Assembly (NCBI GenBank): GCA_963734545.1
Contig: CAVTHO010000003.1
Coordinates: 256,001 to 320,000 of the forward strand
Origin: an uncultured Spirochaetota bacterium
GTDB taxonomy: Bacteria > Spirochaetota > Spirochaetia > SZUA-6 > Fen-1364
Length of the DNA: 64,000 nt
Reading direction: 5' to 3'
This document shows positions 49,156-59,245 of this stretch, in pieces. Each line of letters opens with the position of its first letter. Within the stretch, counting starts at the first letter, position 1. Position numbers and translations under genes: made by a program. The notes under the pieces are model-generated. The model was given only the letters and a program-made list of their open reading frames with translations. It did not search any database and was not told the origin of the DNA.

Positions 49156-50379
49156 ATGCACGGCAAAGAAGCAGCTTTCCTGCTCGAGCACTGCGATGTC
49201 GTTCTGCCCGACCAGCTGGTGCGGTCAGGGGCAGTGCTCGCCGCGGACGGGAAGATCCTCTTTGCGGGCGCAGCAGCCGACCTGCCGCACCCGGTTCCTC
49301 CCGGCTGCCGGCGGATACCGGCGGAGGGGGCCCTGGCGTGCCCCGCGCTCTGGGAGACGCACGTGCATGGCTGCGGCGGGGTGAGCACGGAGAACATGAG
49401 CGCGCAATCCCTGGCTGAAATGGCGGGGTTTCTGGCGGCCCGCGGCGTCGGGGCCTTCCTGCCCACCACGGTTGCGGATGAACGCTACCTGGCGAGCCTG
49501 GGTGACGCGCTGCATTCCGCGGCTGATGACGTGCGGGACCGGGCGCTCGGCATCCACGTCGAGGGTCCGTTCGTTGCGCGTTCCCGCCGGGGCGCGATAG
49601 ACGAGGCGCTGATCCGGCCGATATCGATCGAGTACCTGGAACGGATGATCTCGCTTGCCCGGGAGAAGATCCGCATCATGACATTTGCGCCGGAGCTTTC
49701 CGGCGCCGTCATGCTGGCGGATCGGCTGCGGGGTCTCGGCATCCTGCCATCCCTTGGACATTCCGCGGCGTCCTACGAATCGCTGGGCCCGTTTGACGCG
49801 GTCTCCCCGCTCTGCGTCACGCACCTGTTCAACGGCATGAGCGGCATATCCCACAAGGAACCGGGTCTCGCGCATTGGGCGCTCCTGAACAGGGAGGTCT
49901 TCACGGAGCTCAACTGCGACGGCACGCACGTGCACGACGCCGGCGTGCGGCTCGCGCTCAGGGCGCGTCCGTGGGAGAAGCTCGTCGTCATATCCGATGC
50001 GGTGACTCCCGCCGGTCTGTCCCTGCAGGATGCCGGCGGGAGCCCCGGCCGAGCCCCGGAGCCCGCCCACTCCCTGTATGGCAGGCCGCTCGTCGAAAGA
50101 GGCAATGGGCTGTACTACGCGGATACCGGTGTGCTGGTAGGCTCCCGCTGTCTCGTGCCTGATTGCGTGGCCCGGCTGGTCTTCGAGCTCGATGTGCCCC
50201 TTCCCGCGGCGGTCGCCATGGCCGCGCTGAATCCGGCGCGGCTTCTCGGCTTCCGCCGAAAAGGCGCCCTCCTTCCCGGTTATGACGCGGATGTGGCCCT
50301 GTTCAGCCGGGATTTCAAGCGCTGCTCGTTCCTTTCCTGGGAGGGACGGACGATCCACGAGGCCGCGCAGGAGGCATGA
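49156..50379 (+). CDS. nagA: N-acetylglucosamine-6-phosphate deacetylase
   Basis: HVHGCGG, GIHVEGPF, FAPE, GHS, THLFNGM, DGTHVH and NPAR motifs. Confidence 0.88.
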   Translation: MHGKEAAFLLEHCDVVLPDQLVRSGAVLAADGKILFAGAAADLPHPVPPGCRRIPAEGALACPALWETHVHGCGGVSTENMSAQSLAEMAGFLAARGVGAFLPTTVADERYLASLGDALHSAADDVRDRALGIHVEGPFVARSRRGAIDEALIRPISIEYLERMISLAREKIRIMTFAPELSGAVMLADRLRGLGILPSLGHSAASYESLGPFDAVSPLCVTHLFNGMSGISHKEPGLAHWALLNREVFTELNCDGTHVHDAGVRLALRARPWEKLVVISDAVTPAGLSLQDAGGSPGRAPEPAHSLYGRPLVERGNGLYYADTGVLVGSRCLVPDCVARLVFELDVPLPAAVAMAALNPARLLGFRRKGALLPGYDADVALFSRDFKRCSFLSWEGRTIHEAAQEA

Positions 50380-50444
50380 AGCCTTGCCATCGAATCACCT
50401 CCCCGGTAGAGTAGCGCCATACTGGGGCAGAAAGGTGATCGATC

Positions 50445-51767
50445 ATGGCAGGGAGAAACGTCGTCATCATGGGCGCCGCGGGGCGCGATTTTCACAACTT
50501 CAACTGCGTGTTCCGCGACGATGCCTCCGTGCGTGTCGTCGCCTTCACGGCCACCCAGATTCCCGACATCGCCGACCGAAGGTATCCGCCGGACCTGGCA
50601 GGCGCGCTCTATCCCGAGGGGATACCCATTGTCGCTGAAAGCGAGCTGGAGGAGCTTTTCAAGCGGCAGAAATTCGACGAGGCGGTGTTCTCCTATTCCG
50701 ACGTCTCCCACCAGCACGTGATGGAGCAGGCATCCCGCGTGGTCGCCCTGGGCGCGGACTTCAAGCTCCTTGCCGCCGCGCCGACCATGATCAAGTCTCA
50801 CGTGCCCGTCGTGGCAGTCTGCGCGGTGCGCACGGGAAGCGGCAAGAGCCAGACCACTCGGCGGGTCGCCCAGATACTGAAGGGCCTGGGCAAGAAACCG
50901 GTGATCGTCCGCCACCCCATGCCGTACGGCGATCTTTCCGAGCAGAAGGTGCAGCGTTTCGCGACGCTGGAAGACATGCGTGTGCACAAGTGCACCATCG
51001 AGGAGATGGAGGAATACGAGCCGCACATCGACGAGGGTTTTGTCGTCTACGCCGGTGTCGACTATGCCGCGATCCTCCGGCAGGCAGAAACGGAATGCGA
51101 CACGATTCTCTGGGACGGAGGCAACAATGACCTTCCGTTCTACGCGCCGGACGTGCATATCACGGTCGTCGATCCCCATCGGCCCGGGCACGAGCTCACG
51201 TACTTTCCCGGCAGGATCAACCTGGCCATGGCGCACGTGATCGTGATCAACAAGATGGACACCGCGACCCCCGCGGGCATCGAGAAGGTCCGCGCCAGCA
51301 TACTCGCGGTGAATCCGCGCGCGCAGGTGGTGGATGCCGCTTCCCCCATTTTCGTGGACAGGGCGGGGGAGATCCGCGGCAAGCGCGTCCTTGTCGTCGA
51401 GGACGGACCCACCCTCACTCACGGGGAGATGAGCTACGGGTCCGGCACCGTTGCCGCGAAGAAGCACGGCGCCGGCGAGATCGTCAATCCGCGGCCGTAT
51501 GTCACCGGCAAGATCAAGGCCACATTCGACAAGTACCCGGGCATAGGCGCGCTGCTGCCGGCAGTGGGCTACGGGGACGAGCAGGTGCGCGATCTGGAGG
51601 ACACGATCCGCCGGGTGCCCTGTGACCTCGTGATCGTCGCGACCCCGGTGGATCTCACCCGCATCATCAGGATTGACAAGCCGATGCTCCGCGTGCGCTA
51701 CGCGCTGCAGGAGATCGGCACGCCGAATCTGGAAGACGTATTGAAAGCGAGGTTGAAATGGCGGTAG
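50445..51767 (+). CDS. arcE: Probable arginine synthetase (cyclic 2,3-DPG synthetase-like P-loop NTPase)
   Basis: IMGAAGRDFHNFN, RTGSGKSQT, RHPMPYG, EEYEPH, WDGGNND and VEDGPTLTHG motifs; overlaps the OTC gene. Confidence 0.78.
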   Translation: MAGRNVVIMGAAGRDFHNFNCVFRDDASVRVVAFTATQIPDIADRRYPPDLAGALYPEGIPIVAESELEELFKRQKFDEAVFSYSDVSHQHVMEQASRVVALGADFKLLAAAPTMIKSHVPVVAVCAVRTGSGKSQTTRRVAQILKGLGKKPVIVRHPMPYGDLSEQKVQRFATLEDMRVHKCTIEEMEEYEPHIDEGFVVYAGVDYAAILRQAETECDTILWDGGNNDLPFYAPDVHITVVDPHRPGHELTYFPGRINLAMAHVIVINKMDTATPAGIEKVRASILAVNPRAQVVDAASPIFVDRAGEIRGKRVLVVEDGPTLTHGEMSYGSGTVAAKKHGAGEIVNPRPYVTGKIKATFDKYPGIGALLPAVGYGDEQVRDLEDTIRRVPCDLVIVATPVDLTRIIRIDKPMLRVRYALQEIGTPNLEDVLKARLKWR

Positions 51768-52699
51768 ATCTCAAGGGAAGGTCCCTGCTCACGCTCAAGG
51801 ACTGGACACCGGAGGAAGTGCGCCACGTGCTGGACCTCTCGCGGCGCGTGAAGAAGGAGCGCGGGAACGGAAAGCGGCAGGAGCGTTTCAAGGGCATGAC
51901 CCTCGCCCTGCTGTTCGAGAAGCGCTCCACGCGCACGCGGTGCGCATTCGAGACTGCATTCGGCGAGGAAGGCGGGCACCCGGTGTTCCTGTCCACGGCG
52001 GACATCCACCTCGGCACAAAGGAAGCCGTGGAGGACACGGCCCGGGTCTTTGGCCGCATGTTCGACGCCATCCAGTTCCGCGGCTTTTCGCAATCGACCG
52101 TGGAGACGCTGGCGCACTGGGCGGGGGTGCCCGTGTACAACGGACTGACGGACGACTGGCATCCTACCCAGGTCCTCGCGGATCTGATGACGCTGGAGGA
52201 AACCATGGGTTCCCTTCCGGGCAGGAAGCTCGTCTTTGTCGGAGACGGAAGGAACAATGTCGCCCACACGCTGCTCGTCGGCTGCTCCCAGATGGGCGTG
52301 CACATCACGATCGTTGCGCCCGCATCATTATCGCCGGCGCAGGAACACGTGGAATGGGCGCGGGCAATGGGCGCGAAGACGGGCGCGCAGGTCCTTGTCA
52401 CGAGCGATGTGGAGACAGGCGTGAAGGGCGCGGACGCGGTCTACACCGATGTCTGGGTTTCGATGGGTGAAGAGGAGAAGAGCGCCGAACGCATCGCCCT
52501 TCTTGCCCCTTACCAGGTAAATGACGCAATGATGGAGAAGACCGGCAACCCGAAGGCCATTTTCCTGCACTGCCTGCCCGCGGTGAAAGGCAAGGAGGTC
52601 ACCGTGCAGGTGATCGAGGGAAGCAGGTCACGCGTCTGGGACGAGGCGGAGAACCGCAAGCATACGATCAAGGCGATGATGCTCGCCACGCTCCATTGA
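51758..52699 (+). CDS. argF: Ornithine carbamoyltransferase
   Basis: STRTR, HPTQ, GDGRNN, TDVWVSMG, HCLP and AENR motifs. Confidence 0.95.
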   Translation: MAVDLKGRSLLTLKDWTPEEVRHVLDLSRRVKKERGNGKRQERFKGMTLALLFEKRSTRTRCAFETAFGEEGGHPVFLSTADIHLGTKEAVEDTARVFGRMFDAIQFRGFSQSTVETLAHWAGVPVYNGLTDDWHPTQVLADLMTLEETMGSLPGRKLVFVGDGRNNVAHTLLVGCSQMGVHITIVAPASLSPAQEHVEWARAMGAKTGAQVLVTSDVETGVKGADAVYTDVWVSMGEEEKSAERIALLAPYQVNDAMMEKTGNPKAIFLHCLPAVKGKEVTVQVIEGSRSRVWDEAENRKHTIKAMMLATLH

Positions 52700-52772
52700 G
52701 AATAGCCTTGAAATGGCGTGTGAAACCACTATTATATGAGTTGTGGACTTTCACAGTGTCAGGAGGCTCCGG

Positions 52773-53189
52773 ATGAAGAAGGCAGTCATACTATTCGCGG
52801 CAGCGCTGTTTCTGCTGGCGAGCCTTCCCGTTTTCTCGCAGGCTCAGAACACCTACGCGAAGGATGTCTACTATAAGACCCTCCCGCTCCTGAAGGTCTG
52901 GGTGCACGATCTGGGCTACAAGGTGCAGTTCTTCAACAGCAATTCCCGGGTATCGGACATCTACGTGCCCCTGACCTGGTTCAACAAAGGCGGGCTTTCC
53001 AAGGCGAATATCGTGTATGGAAACGAGAAAGGCTTCCCCTACTGCTCCATCGTCTGGGTGGACGGCGCATTCGAGCACATCACCCTGTATCTTCTCAACG
53101 ATTTCGAATCCCAGACGTGGGGCGTGCTGAACGTGCCGGGTGACCTGAGCGCCCAGTTCAATGTCCAGGAAGTTCCAAAGGAGTTCTGA
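52773..53189 (+). CDS. Exported hypothetical protein
   Basis: Signal peptide, AGGAGG RBS and own promoter-like TTGAAA-16-TATTAT. Confidence 0.7.
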   Translation: MKKAVILFAAALFLLASLPVFSQAQNTYAKDVYYKTLPLLKVWVHDLGYKVQFFNSNSRVSDIYVPLTWFNKGGLSKANIVYGNEKGFPYCSIVWVDGAFEHITLYLLNDFESQTWGVLNVPGDLSAQFNVQEVPKEF

Positions 53190-53206
53190 GCCTACCGGCT
53201 CACTGC

Positions 53207-54376
53207 ATGCTTGACATCCTGAAATCGCAAAAAGCCATCCGGGAGGAAGGCCTCGCGGCATGGCTTCTCTACAATGTGTTCCACAGGGACGAGATCGCCG
53301 AGCTGGTGCTGGAGGTGCCGTCCGAGCGCACCAACACGAGGCCGTGGGTGTGCATCCTTTTCCCTGACAGGCTGCCGGTGAAGATTGCCCACGTCATCGA
53401 GCCGTCAATCCTCGGTCACGTTCCCGGCGACACGGTTCTCTATTCCTCGCGCGATGAGTTCACACGGGCGGTCGCCAAGGCGCTGCCGGCGAACGGGAAG
53501 GTGGCAGCGGATTACTCCACCGGCATTCCCGTGGGCTCGTTTCTCGACCATGGCACGGCGCTGTTTCTCCAGTCCCTGGGCGCCCAGCTCGCGCCTGCGG
53601 AAAGCCTCGTTGCCCGCTATCTCGGGACCATCGACAGGCAGGGCAGGGAATCTCACGAGAGAGCGGGCAGGGTATTGTACGCGGCAATCGAAGAGGCATG
53701 GACAAGGGTTGCGGCGGCCATGCAGGGAGGCCGTGTCGTACGCGAGGGCGAAGTGCGCGACTGGATAGCCCGCGCAATCGCGGATGCCGGGCTGGTGCAC
53801 GAGGGCCAGCCTGTTGCGGGCGCGGGCCGTCACACCGCGGATCCTCACTTCGGCGTCTCGGGCAGCGGCGCGCCGCTGGAAAAGGGTGACGTGGTCCAGT
53901 TCGACGTCTGGGCGCGGGAGAAGTCACCCGGCGCCGTCTTCGCCGACATCTCCTGGCTCGGCGTCTGCGCCTCCTCCCCGACCCCCGTTCAGAAAAAGGT
54001 GTTCGACGCCGTTCTGGAGGCGCGGGAAGCGGCACTCTCCCTTCTCCAGCGCAGCTTTGCCCAGGGGGCGCCGGTGCGGGGCGCGGATGTCGACCGCGAA
54101 GCCCGCGCGGTCCTTGCCCGGCGCGGCTTCGAGAATGCCATTCGACACAGGACGGGGCATTCCATCGGGACCCGGGTGCACGGGTTCGGGGTGAACCTCG
54201 ACTCCGTCGAGTTTCCGGATGAACGGGTCATCACCGAAGGCTCCTGCTTTTCGATCGAGCCGGGGATCTACCTGGAGCAGTTCGGCATGCGCACCGAGAT
54301 CGATTGCTGCATTCGCGGCGGACGCCCGGAGGTGACCGGGGGGGAGCGCCAGTCCGCGCTCCTCACCCTGGAGTAG
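53207..54376 (+). CDS. M24 family (Xaa-Pro) metallopeptidase
   Basis: ADPH, FDVWA, ADIS, HRTGHSIG and FSIEPGIYL-FGMRTE motifs. Confidence 0.9.
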   Translation: MLDILKSQKAIREEGLAAWLLYNVFHRDEIAELVLEVPSERTNTRPWVCILFPDRLPVKIAHVIEPSILGHVPGDTVLYSSRDEFTRAVAKALPANGKVAADYSTGIPVGSFLDHGTALFLQSLGAQLAPAESLVARYLGTIDRQGRESHERAGRVLYAAIEEAWTRVAAAMQGGRVVREGEVRDWIARAIADAGLVHEGQPVAGAGRHTADPHFGVSGSGAPLEKGDVVQFDVWAREKSPGAVFADISWLGVCASSPTPVQKKVFDAVLEAREAALSLLQRSFAQGAPVRGADVDREARAVLARRGFENAIRHRTGHSIGTRVHGFGVNLDSVEFPDERVITEGSCFSIEPGIYLEQFGMRTEIDCCIRGGRPEVTGGERQSALLTLE

Positions 54377-54380
54377 GCGC

Positions 54381-55346
54381 ATGTACGACTGCCGGGATGC
54401 TGCACAGTTCATCCGCTCGCATTCCTCTTTTCTCGTGCTCGGCCACAAGGAGCCGGATGGGGACTGCATCGCTTCGCAGCTCACCATTGCTGCCCTGCTC
54501 GAGGCCCTGGGCAAGACGGCGAGCCTCCATTCCGTCGGACCTTTCGACAGGCCGGAGATCTCGTCATTCAACTCCCTGTTCTCCGCGCGCATTCCGGATG
54601 AGAAGCGGACGGGAGCTGCCGCGATAATCGTGGACTGCTCGACCCCGGACCGCACGGGCGCCCTCGGAGAACGGGTGAAGGATCTTCCCTGCCTGGTGAT
54701 CGACCATCACTCCGCGGGGGAGCTCTTCGGGAGCGCGCGCGTCGTGGAGCCCTCGGCCCCTTCCACCACGATGCTGGTGCTCCAGCTCTTCGAGGACATG
54801 GGCGTGGCCCTGAAGGCCGAGACGGGCAGGCTGCTGCTGTTCGGTCTGTGCACCGACACCGGCTTTTTTCGTCACCTCGGTCAGAACAGCGCGGAAACCT
54901 TCCGCGCCGTCGCGCGGCTGGTGGAAACAGGCACGTCGACCGCCGAGGTGTACATGATGATGTACGGGAGGCGCGCGCTTTCCGGCAGGAAGCTGCTGGC
55001 GGAAATGCTCGCGCGGGTGGAGAGCCACTGGGACGACCGTCTGCTTCTGACCTGGCAGACGATTGCGGACCGGGCGCGGCTGGGCGAGGCCCAGCGGGGA
55101 GAGGACGACCTCTACCGGCTGCTGCAGACCATCAAGGGGAACATGGTCGTCGCGCTGGTCAAGGAGGAGGCGGAAGGCGTCTTCTCCGTGGGTCTGCGCT
55201 CCAATTCCTCCCAGGACGTGGGTGCCATCGCGGCTTCCTTCGGGGGCGGCGGGCACCGCCAGGCGTCCGGCTTCGACATTTCCGGCACGCTGGAGACCGT
55301 GAAGAAAACCCTCATCGATACATTCTCTCCGCTGCTGGCGGAATAG
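54381..55346 (+). CDS. nrnA: DHH/DHHA1 phosphoesterase (NrnA-like)
   Basis: GHKEPDGDC, IDHH, TDTGFF and GGGGH motifs. Confidence 0.88.
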   Translation: MYDCRDAAQFIRSHSSFLVLGHKEPDGDCIASQLTIAALLEALGKTASLHSVGPFDRPEISSFNSLFSARIPDEKRTGAAAIIVDCSTPDRTGALGERVKDLPCLVIDHHSAGELFGSARVVEPSAPSTTMLVLQLFEDMGVALKAETGRLLLFGLCTDTGFFRHLGQNSAETFRAVARLVETGTSTAEVYMMMYGRRALSGRKLLAEMLARVESHWDDRLLLTWQTIADRARLGEAQRGEDDLYRLLQTIKGNMVVALVKEEAEGVFSVGLRSNSSQDVGAIAASFGGGGHRQASGFDISGTLETVKKTLIDTFSPLLAE

Positions 55347-55483
55347 CCGCCGCGCGCTGCGCCCGGCGCCGGGTTTTTGTAAGCGAATGTTAAGGGAGGG
55401 GCGCGCGTTGCCCCTTCTCCGTCTTTCATCCTGGCACATCTCTTGCTCTTTCCTCCGCGCGCGTCAGTGCGCAGGAGGAAAAA

Positions 55484-56350
55484 ATGGAAAGTCTCACTGA
55501 AAAAGTGCTCCTGTATCAGAAGACCCGGGAAGGCCTGCACGACATCGTCAGCGCGCTCGCTCCCCGGGTGTACCAGTTTCCAAGGCGGAAGATGGGCTGG
55601 GATGAAGATGCCTGCGGCGAGTTTTTTGTCTTTGTCCATCCCCGCCTGATCCGGCTGCTGGATCGGTTCAACGACCAGGGCAAGCCCTTCGAATCCTATC
55701 TGTCAGCGGTGCTCAACTGGCAGCTTCGCAACTTTGCGCGCGACAGGAAGCGCGGGGAAAGATCGTGGAACGTTTCGCTGCGGCTCGACGCGGAGGATCC
55801 CGAGGCGCAGGAGACGAGGGAGAGGCTCGTGTCGGAACCGACGGCCGAAATCGTGCGCGTGCCGGGGGACTTTGCCGCCCTCATCAGGAGCGATGCGGAC
55901 CGAAGGAACTTCCTCTTTCTGGCGCTCAAGTGCGCCCGTACGATCGGTCCTGAAAATGCCCCTGCGCTGGCGGCCGCAGCCGGGATCGATGAGAGCCGGA
56001 TCCTCAGCCTGTCAGCCTCACTGAGGGAAATGCGTGCTCCACGGGAGCTCAGGCTGGAAGTCTTTCGCGCCCGGCGAAACCGGGCGTTTGCCCAGTCCCG
56101 GCTCCTTGAAACCGAGCTCCAGGCAGAAGTCGAGGCCGAGCGCGCCGCTGTTCTGCGCGCTTCGCTCGTAAAGGCCCGGCGGCGGATGCGCGCGGCCATG
56201 CACCGGATGGCGCGGGTGAAGCTCGCGCCGACCAACAGGGAGATCGCCCGGGCCGTGGGGGTGCCCAAGGGCACCGTGGATTCAGGTCTCTACTGGTTGA
56301 AGAGGAAACTCGCGTCGGTATATGATCCCGACATCCCGAGGCAGGCATGA
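55484..56350 (+). CDS. Divergent sigma70/ECF-like protein
   Basis: Region-2-like FESYLSAVLNWQLRNFARD and region-4 HTH NREIARAVGVPKGTVDSGLYWLK. Confidence 0.6.
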   Translation: MESLTEKVLLYQKTREGLHDIVSALAPRVYQFPRRKMGWDEDACGEFFVFVHPRLIRLLDRFNDQGKPFESYLSAVLNWQLRNFARDRKRGERSWNVSLRLDAEDPEAQETRERLVSEPTAEIVRVPGDFAALIRSDADRRNFLFLALKCARTIGPENAPALAAAAGIDESRILSLSASLREMRAPRELRLEVFRARRNRAFAQSRLLETELQAEVEAERAAVLRASLVKARRRMRAAMHRMARVKLAPTNREIARAVGVPKGTVDSGLYWLKRKLASVYDPDIPRQA

Positions 56351-56946
56351 TGGAAATGGAATTTCTCCTCGCATCGAATAATGCACACAAGCACCAGGAG
56401 TTCGTCCGCCTGTTCCCCGGGATTCGCATCCTCATGCCGCGCGATGCGGGCCTGGAATTCGAGTTCGAAGAGACGGCGGACACCTTCCTGGAGAACGCCT
56501 ACGGCAAGGCCATGGCCCTCTTTCACGAGGTGAAACGGCCCGTGATAGGGGACGATTCCGGGTTGTGCGTGCAGGCGCTGGGCGGGGAGCCGGGCATTCT
56601 CTCCTCACGCTACGGATCAGGGGCCGGGGGCGTGGTCCTCGACGCGCCCCGGCGCAACGCCTACCTGTTGGACAGGATGGAGGGCATCCAGGACCGCGCC
56701 GCGTATTTTGTGTGCTGCCTGGTGCTCGTCTTCGAGGAGAGTCGGTTCGTGGCGGTCCAGGAAACGGTCCACGGCCGCATCGCAGAGGGCCCCCGCGGGG
56801 AAAACGGCTTCGGCTACGACCCCCTTTTCATCGTGCCGGGGCACGAGAAGACCATCGCGGAGCTTCCCGACCAGGAAAAGGATGCGATCTCGCACCGCGG
56901 CCTGGCGGCCCGCCGCATCCTCGCCATGTTGCGCGGCGAAAGCTGA
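56347..56946 (+). CDS. rdgB: Non-canonical purine NTP (dITP/XTP) pyrophosphatase
   Basis: ASNNAHK, TFLENAYGK, DDSGL, GFGYDPLF and SHRG motifs. Confidence 0.95.
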   Translation: MMEMEFLLASNNAHKHQEFVRLFPGIRILMPRDAGLEFEFEETADTFLENAYGKAMALFHEVKRPVIGDDSGLCVQALGGEPGILSSRYGSGAGGVVLDAPRRNAYLLDRMEGIQDRAAYFVCCLVLVFEESRFVAVQETVHGRIAEGPRGENGFGYDPLFIVPGHEKTIAELPDQEKDAISHRGLAARRILAMLRGES

Positions 56947-56962
56947 AGAGAGAGGAGCGTCC

Positions 56963-58015
56963 ATGGACCTGATTTCCACGTACGTCAACGGCGTGTCCGA
57001 GCTCACCAATTTCTCCCGCTCCCTCGAGGAGGCGCCCCTCATCGTGGACGTGATAGTCAACCCGCACGCGGGGTTCTTCAAGAGCCAGGCCACCGTGCGG
57101 AAGCTGATCCAGGAGCTCGAGAGCAAGCTCGATGACCTGCGCCGCAGCCATCCCCGCCGGAAAGTGGAAATCAATACCGTTCACTTCACCGAACGTCCCG
57201 GGCACGCGCGTCTCATCACCGAGGGGATCATGAACACGGAGGTGAAATCCGCTTCGGGGATCGAGCGGCTCCTGATCGGCTGCGGGGGTGACGGGACGAG
57301 CAATGAGATCTGCTCGGCGCTGGTGCACGCGGATGCCTCCCTGCTGGAAAGGCTGAAGCTCCTTCGGCTCCCGCTGGGCACCGGCAACGATGTGGCGGAT
57401 GCGCATACGTTCGGGGACGCGTACGACCTGATCCTCGGCTCCCAGCGGACGGAGAAGACGGGCGCGCTCCTCGTGACGGCCGGAGCCGGCGAGCCGCGCT
57501 ATTCCTTCAACGTGGGGAGCATCGGGCTGGACGCCTACATCGCCGGTCTGACCAACCGGTTCAAACGCGTCATCCCCGGCGACGCATACAAGTCCCTCGT
57601 CGATTTCGGCTCCCTTTTCTACGAGCAGAGAGTGAATCCCCAGCCCATGGAGGTCACGATCCACAATGAGAACGGGGAAACGAAGATCGCCGCCTTTGTT
57701 CCGTCCATGGTGGTGGTCGGGATCAGCGGCGCACGGACCTACGGAGGACATCTGCCGGTCCTTCCGGGCAATGAGAACGTTTGCCTTATCGGCAGGATGA
57801 GCGCGCTGAGGAAGATACGCGTCAAGAAGCTGTTCTATCTGGGCAAGCATGGGGAGCTTCCCGAGGTGAGCTTCTACCGCGCGTACAAGGTGGATGTCCA
57901 CTACAATGGGCGAATCCCCATGCAGCTCGATGGGGAGCTCACCTGGCTGGACCCGGGGGATTTCCCCATCACGATGCAGATCCTGGAGCCCAAGATCAAG
58001 GTATTGCGCAACTAG
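56963..58015 (+). CDS. Diacylglycerol/lipid kinase family protein
   Basis: VNPHAG, GGDGT, PLGTGND and QLDGE motifs. Confidence 0.88.
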   Translation: MDLISTYVNGVSELTNFSRSLEEAPLIVDVIVNPHAGFFKSQATVRKLIQELESKLDDLRRSHPRRKVEINTVHFTERPGHARLITEGIMNTEVKSASGIERLLIGCGGDGTSNEICSALVHADASLLERLKLLRLPLGTGNDVADAHTFGDAYDLILGSQRTEKTGALLVTAGAGEPRYSFNVGSIGLDAYIAGLTNRFKRVIPGDAYKSLVDFGSLFYEQRVNPQPMEVTIHNENGETKIAAFVPSMVVVGISGARTYGGHLPVLPGNENVCLIGRMSALRKIRVKKLFYLGKHGELPEVSFYRAYKVDVHYNGRIPMQLDGELTWLDPGDFPITMQILEPKIKVLRN

Positions 58016-58016
58016 C

Positions 58017-59198
58017 ATGGAACACGATCCCCGCTCCGGCCGTGTCACTCTCACGGACGCGGACAGGCGCAGGGGGCTTTTCTTCGTCGCCCTGGCCGCC
58101 GCGTTCGTCGGCGTGGCGCTCACGCTCCAGATCACGCTCAACAACAACTTCCTCGTGGAGGAAATCGGCATCAGCGGCTTTCAAGCCGGCCTCCTGGAGG
58201 CGGTGCGGGAAAGCTGCGGCATCGCTGCCCTGGGGGTATTCGTCCTCATAGCCGGGCTCACCGAGCCGGTCATCGCCTCGCTCTTCCTCGTGCTGATCGC
58301 CGTGGGCATGGGCTCGTATTCCCTGGCGCCCACGTACAGGTTCGTGATGCTGCTGAGTGTCACGTGGAGCCTGGGTTTCCACGTCTGGACGCCGCTTCCC
58401 AACTCCATGACTCTCGCCCTGGCGGAGCCGGGCAGGGCGGGGGCCCGTCTGGGACAGGTCGGCGCCGCGGGCGCCCTGGGCTCCGCGGCAGGGCTCGGCA
58501 TTGCGTTCGCCCTGACCCTGCTCGGCGTGAGGATCCGGCCCTTGTACGTGATTGCCGGAGCTGCCGCGCTCCTGGCCGCGGCGGCCTGCCTGGGTATTCC
58601 GCGGCGGATCAAGGCTGCGGGCCCCAGCTTCGTCTTCCGCAGGCGCTATGCCCGCTACTACGTGCTGAACTTTCTCGAGGGCTGGCGCAAGCAGATCGCG
58701 ATAGCATTCGGCGGCTTCCTCCTGGTGAAAGTCCACAATGCGGGGCTCCTCGACATCATCGTGCTCGCCGCCCTCATCCAGACCATCGGCTACTTCGCTT
58801 CCCCGCGCATCGGGAAGCTGATCGACCGGGTGGGGGAGCGCAAGGTGCTCGTCTTCTACTATTCCCTGGTGACGGTGCTGTTCATCGGCTACGCGCTCAT
58901 CCGCGCCAAGTATGTGCTCTACGCGGTCTACGTGCTCGACAACGCCACATTCGTGTTCAATACGGGCCTCACGACGTACGTGAACAAGATCGCGCCCCCG
59001 AGCGAGCATCGCCCGACTCTGAGCATGGGCGTGGCGGCAAACCATGTCGCTTCGGTTGCCATGCCCTTTCTCGGCGGAATCCTTTGGACTATACTCGGCT
59101 ATCAGTGGGCCTTCCTGATCGGGATTCCTGCTGCCGCGGCGAGCATCGCGATCGTGCTCAAGATGCCGCGGGGGACGTCGCAAGCGGTGCAGACCTGA
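58017..59198 (+). CDS. MFS transporter
   Basis: About 12 hydrophobic segments and GKLIDRVGERK. Confidence 0.88.
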   Translation: MEHDPRSGRVTLTDADRRRGLFFVALAAAFVGVALTLQITLNNNFLVEEIGISGFQAGLLEAVRESCGIAALGVFVLIAGLTEPVIASLFLVLIAVGMGSYSLAPTYRFVMLLSVTWSLGFHVWTPLPNSMTLALAEPGRAGARLGQVGAAGALGSAAGLGIAFALTLLGVRIRPLYVIAGAAALLAAAACLGIPRRIKAAGPSFVFRRRYARYYVLNFLEGWRKQIAIAFGGFLLVKVHNAGLLDIIVLAALIQTIGYFASPRIGKLIDRVGERKVLVFYYSLVTVLFIGYALIRAKYVLYAVYVLDNATFVFNTGLTTYVNKIAPPSEHRPTLSMGVAANHVASVAMPFLGGILWTILGYQWAFLIGIPAAAASIAIVLKMPRGTSQAVQT

Positions 59199-59245
59199 CC
59201 GGCGTGCCGGTGGAGTGAACCGCGGTCTTGGGGGGGTACCGACGA

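Noticed and set aside
50445-51767. Cyclic 2,3-diphosphoglycerate synthetase or generic GTPase
   Set aside because: No 2-phosphoglycerate kinase partner is adjacent, and coupling to OTC fits arginine synthetase better.
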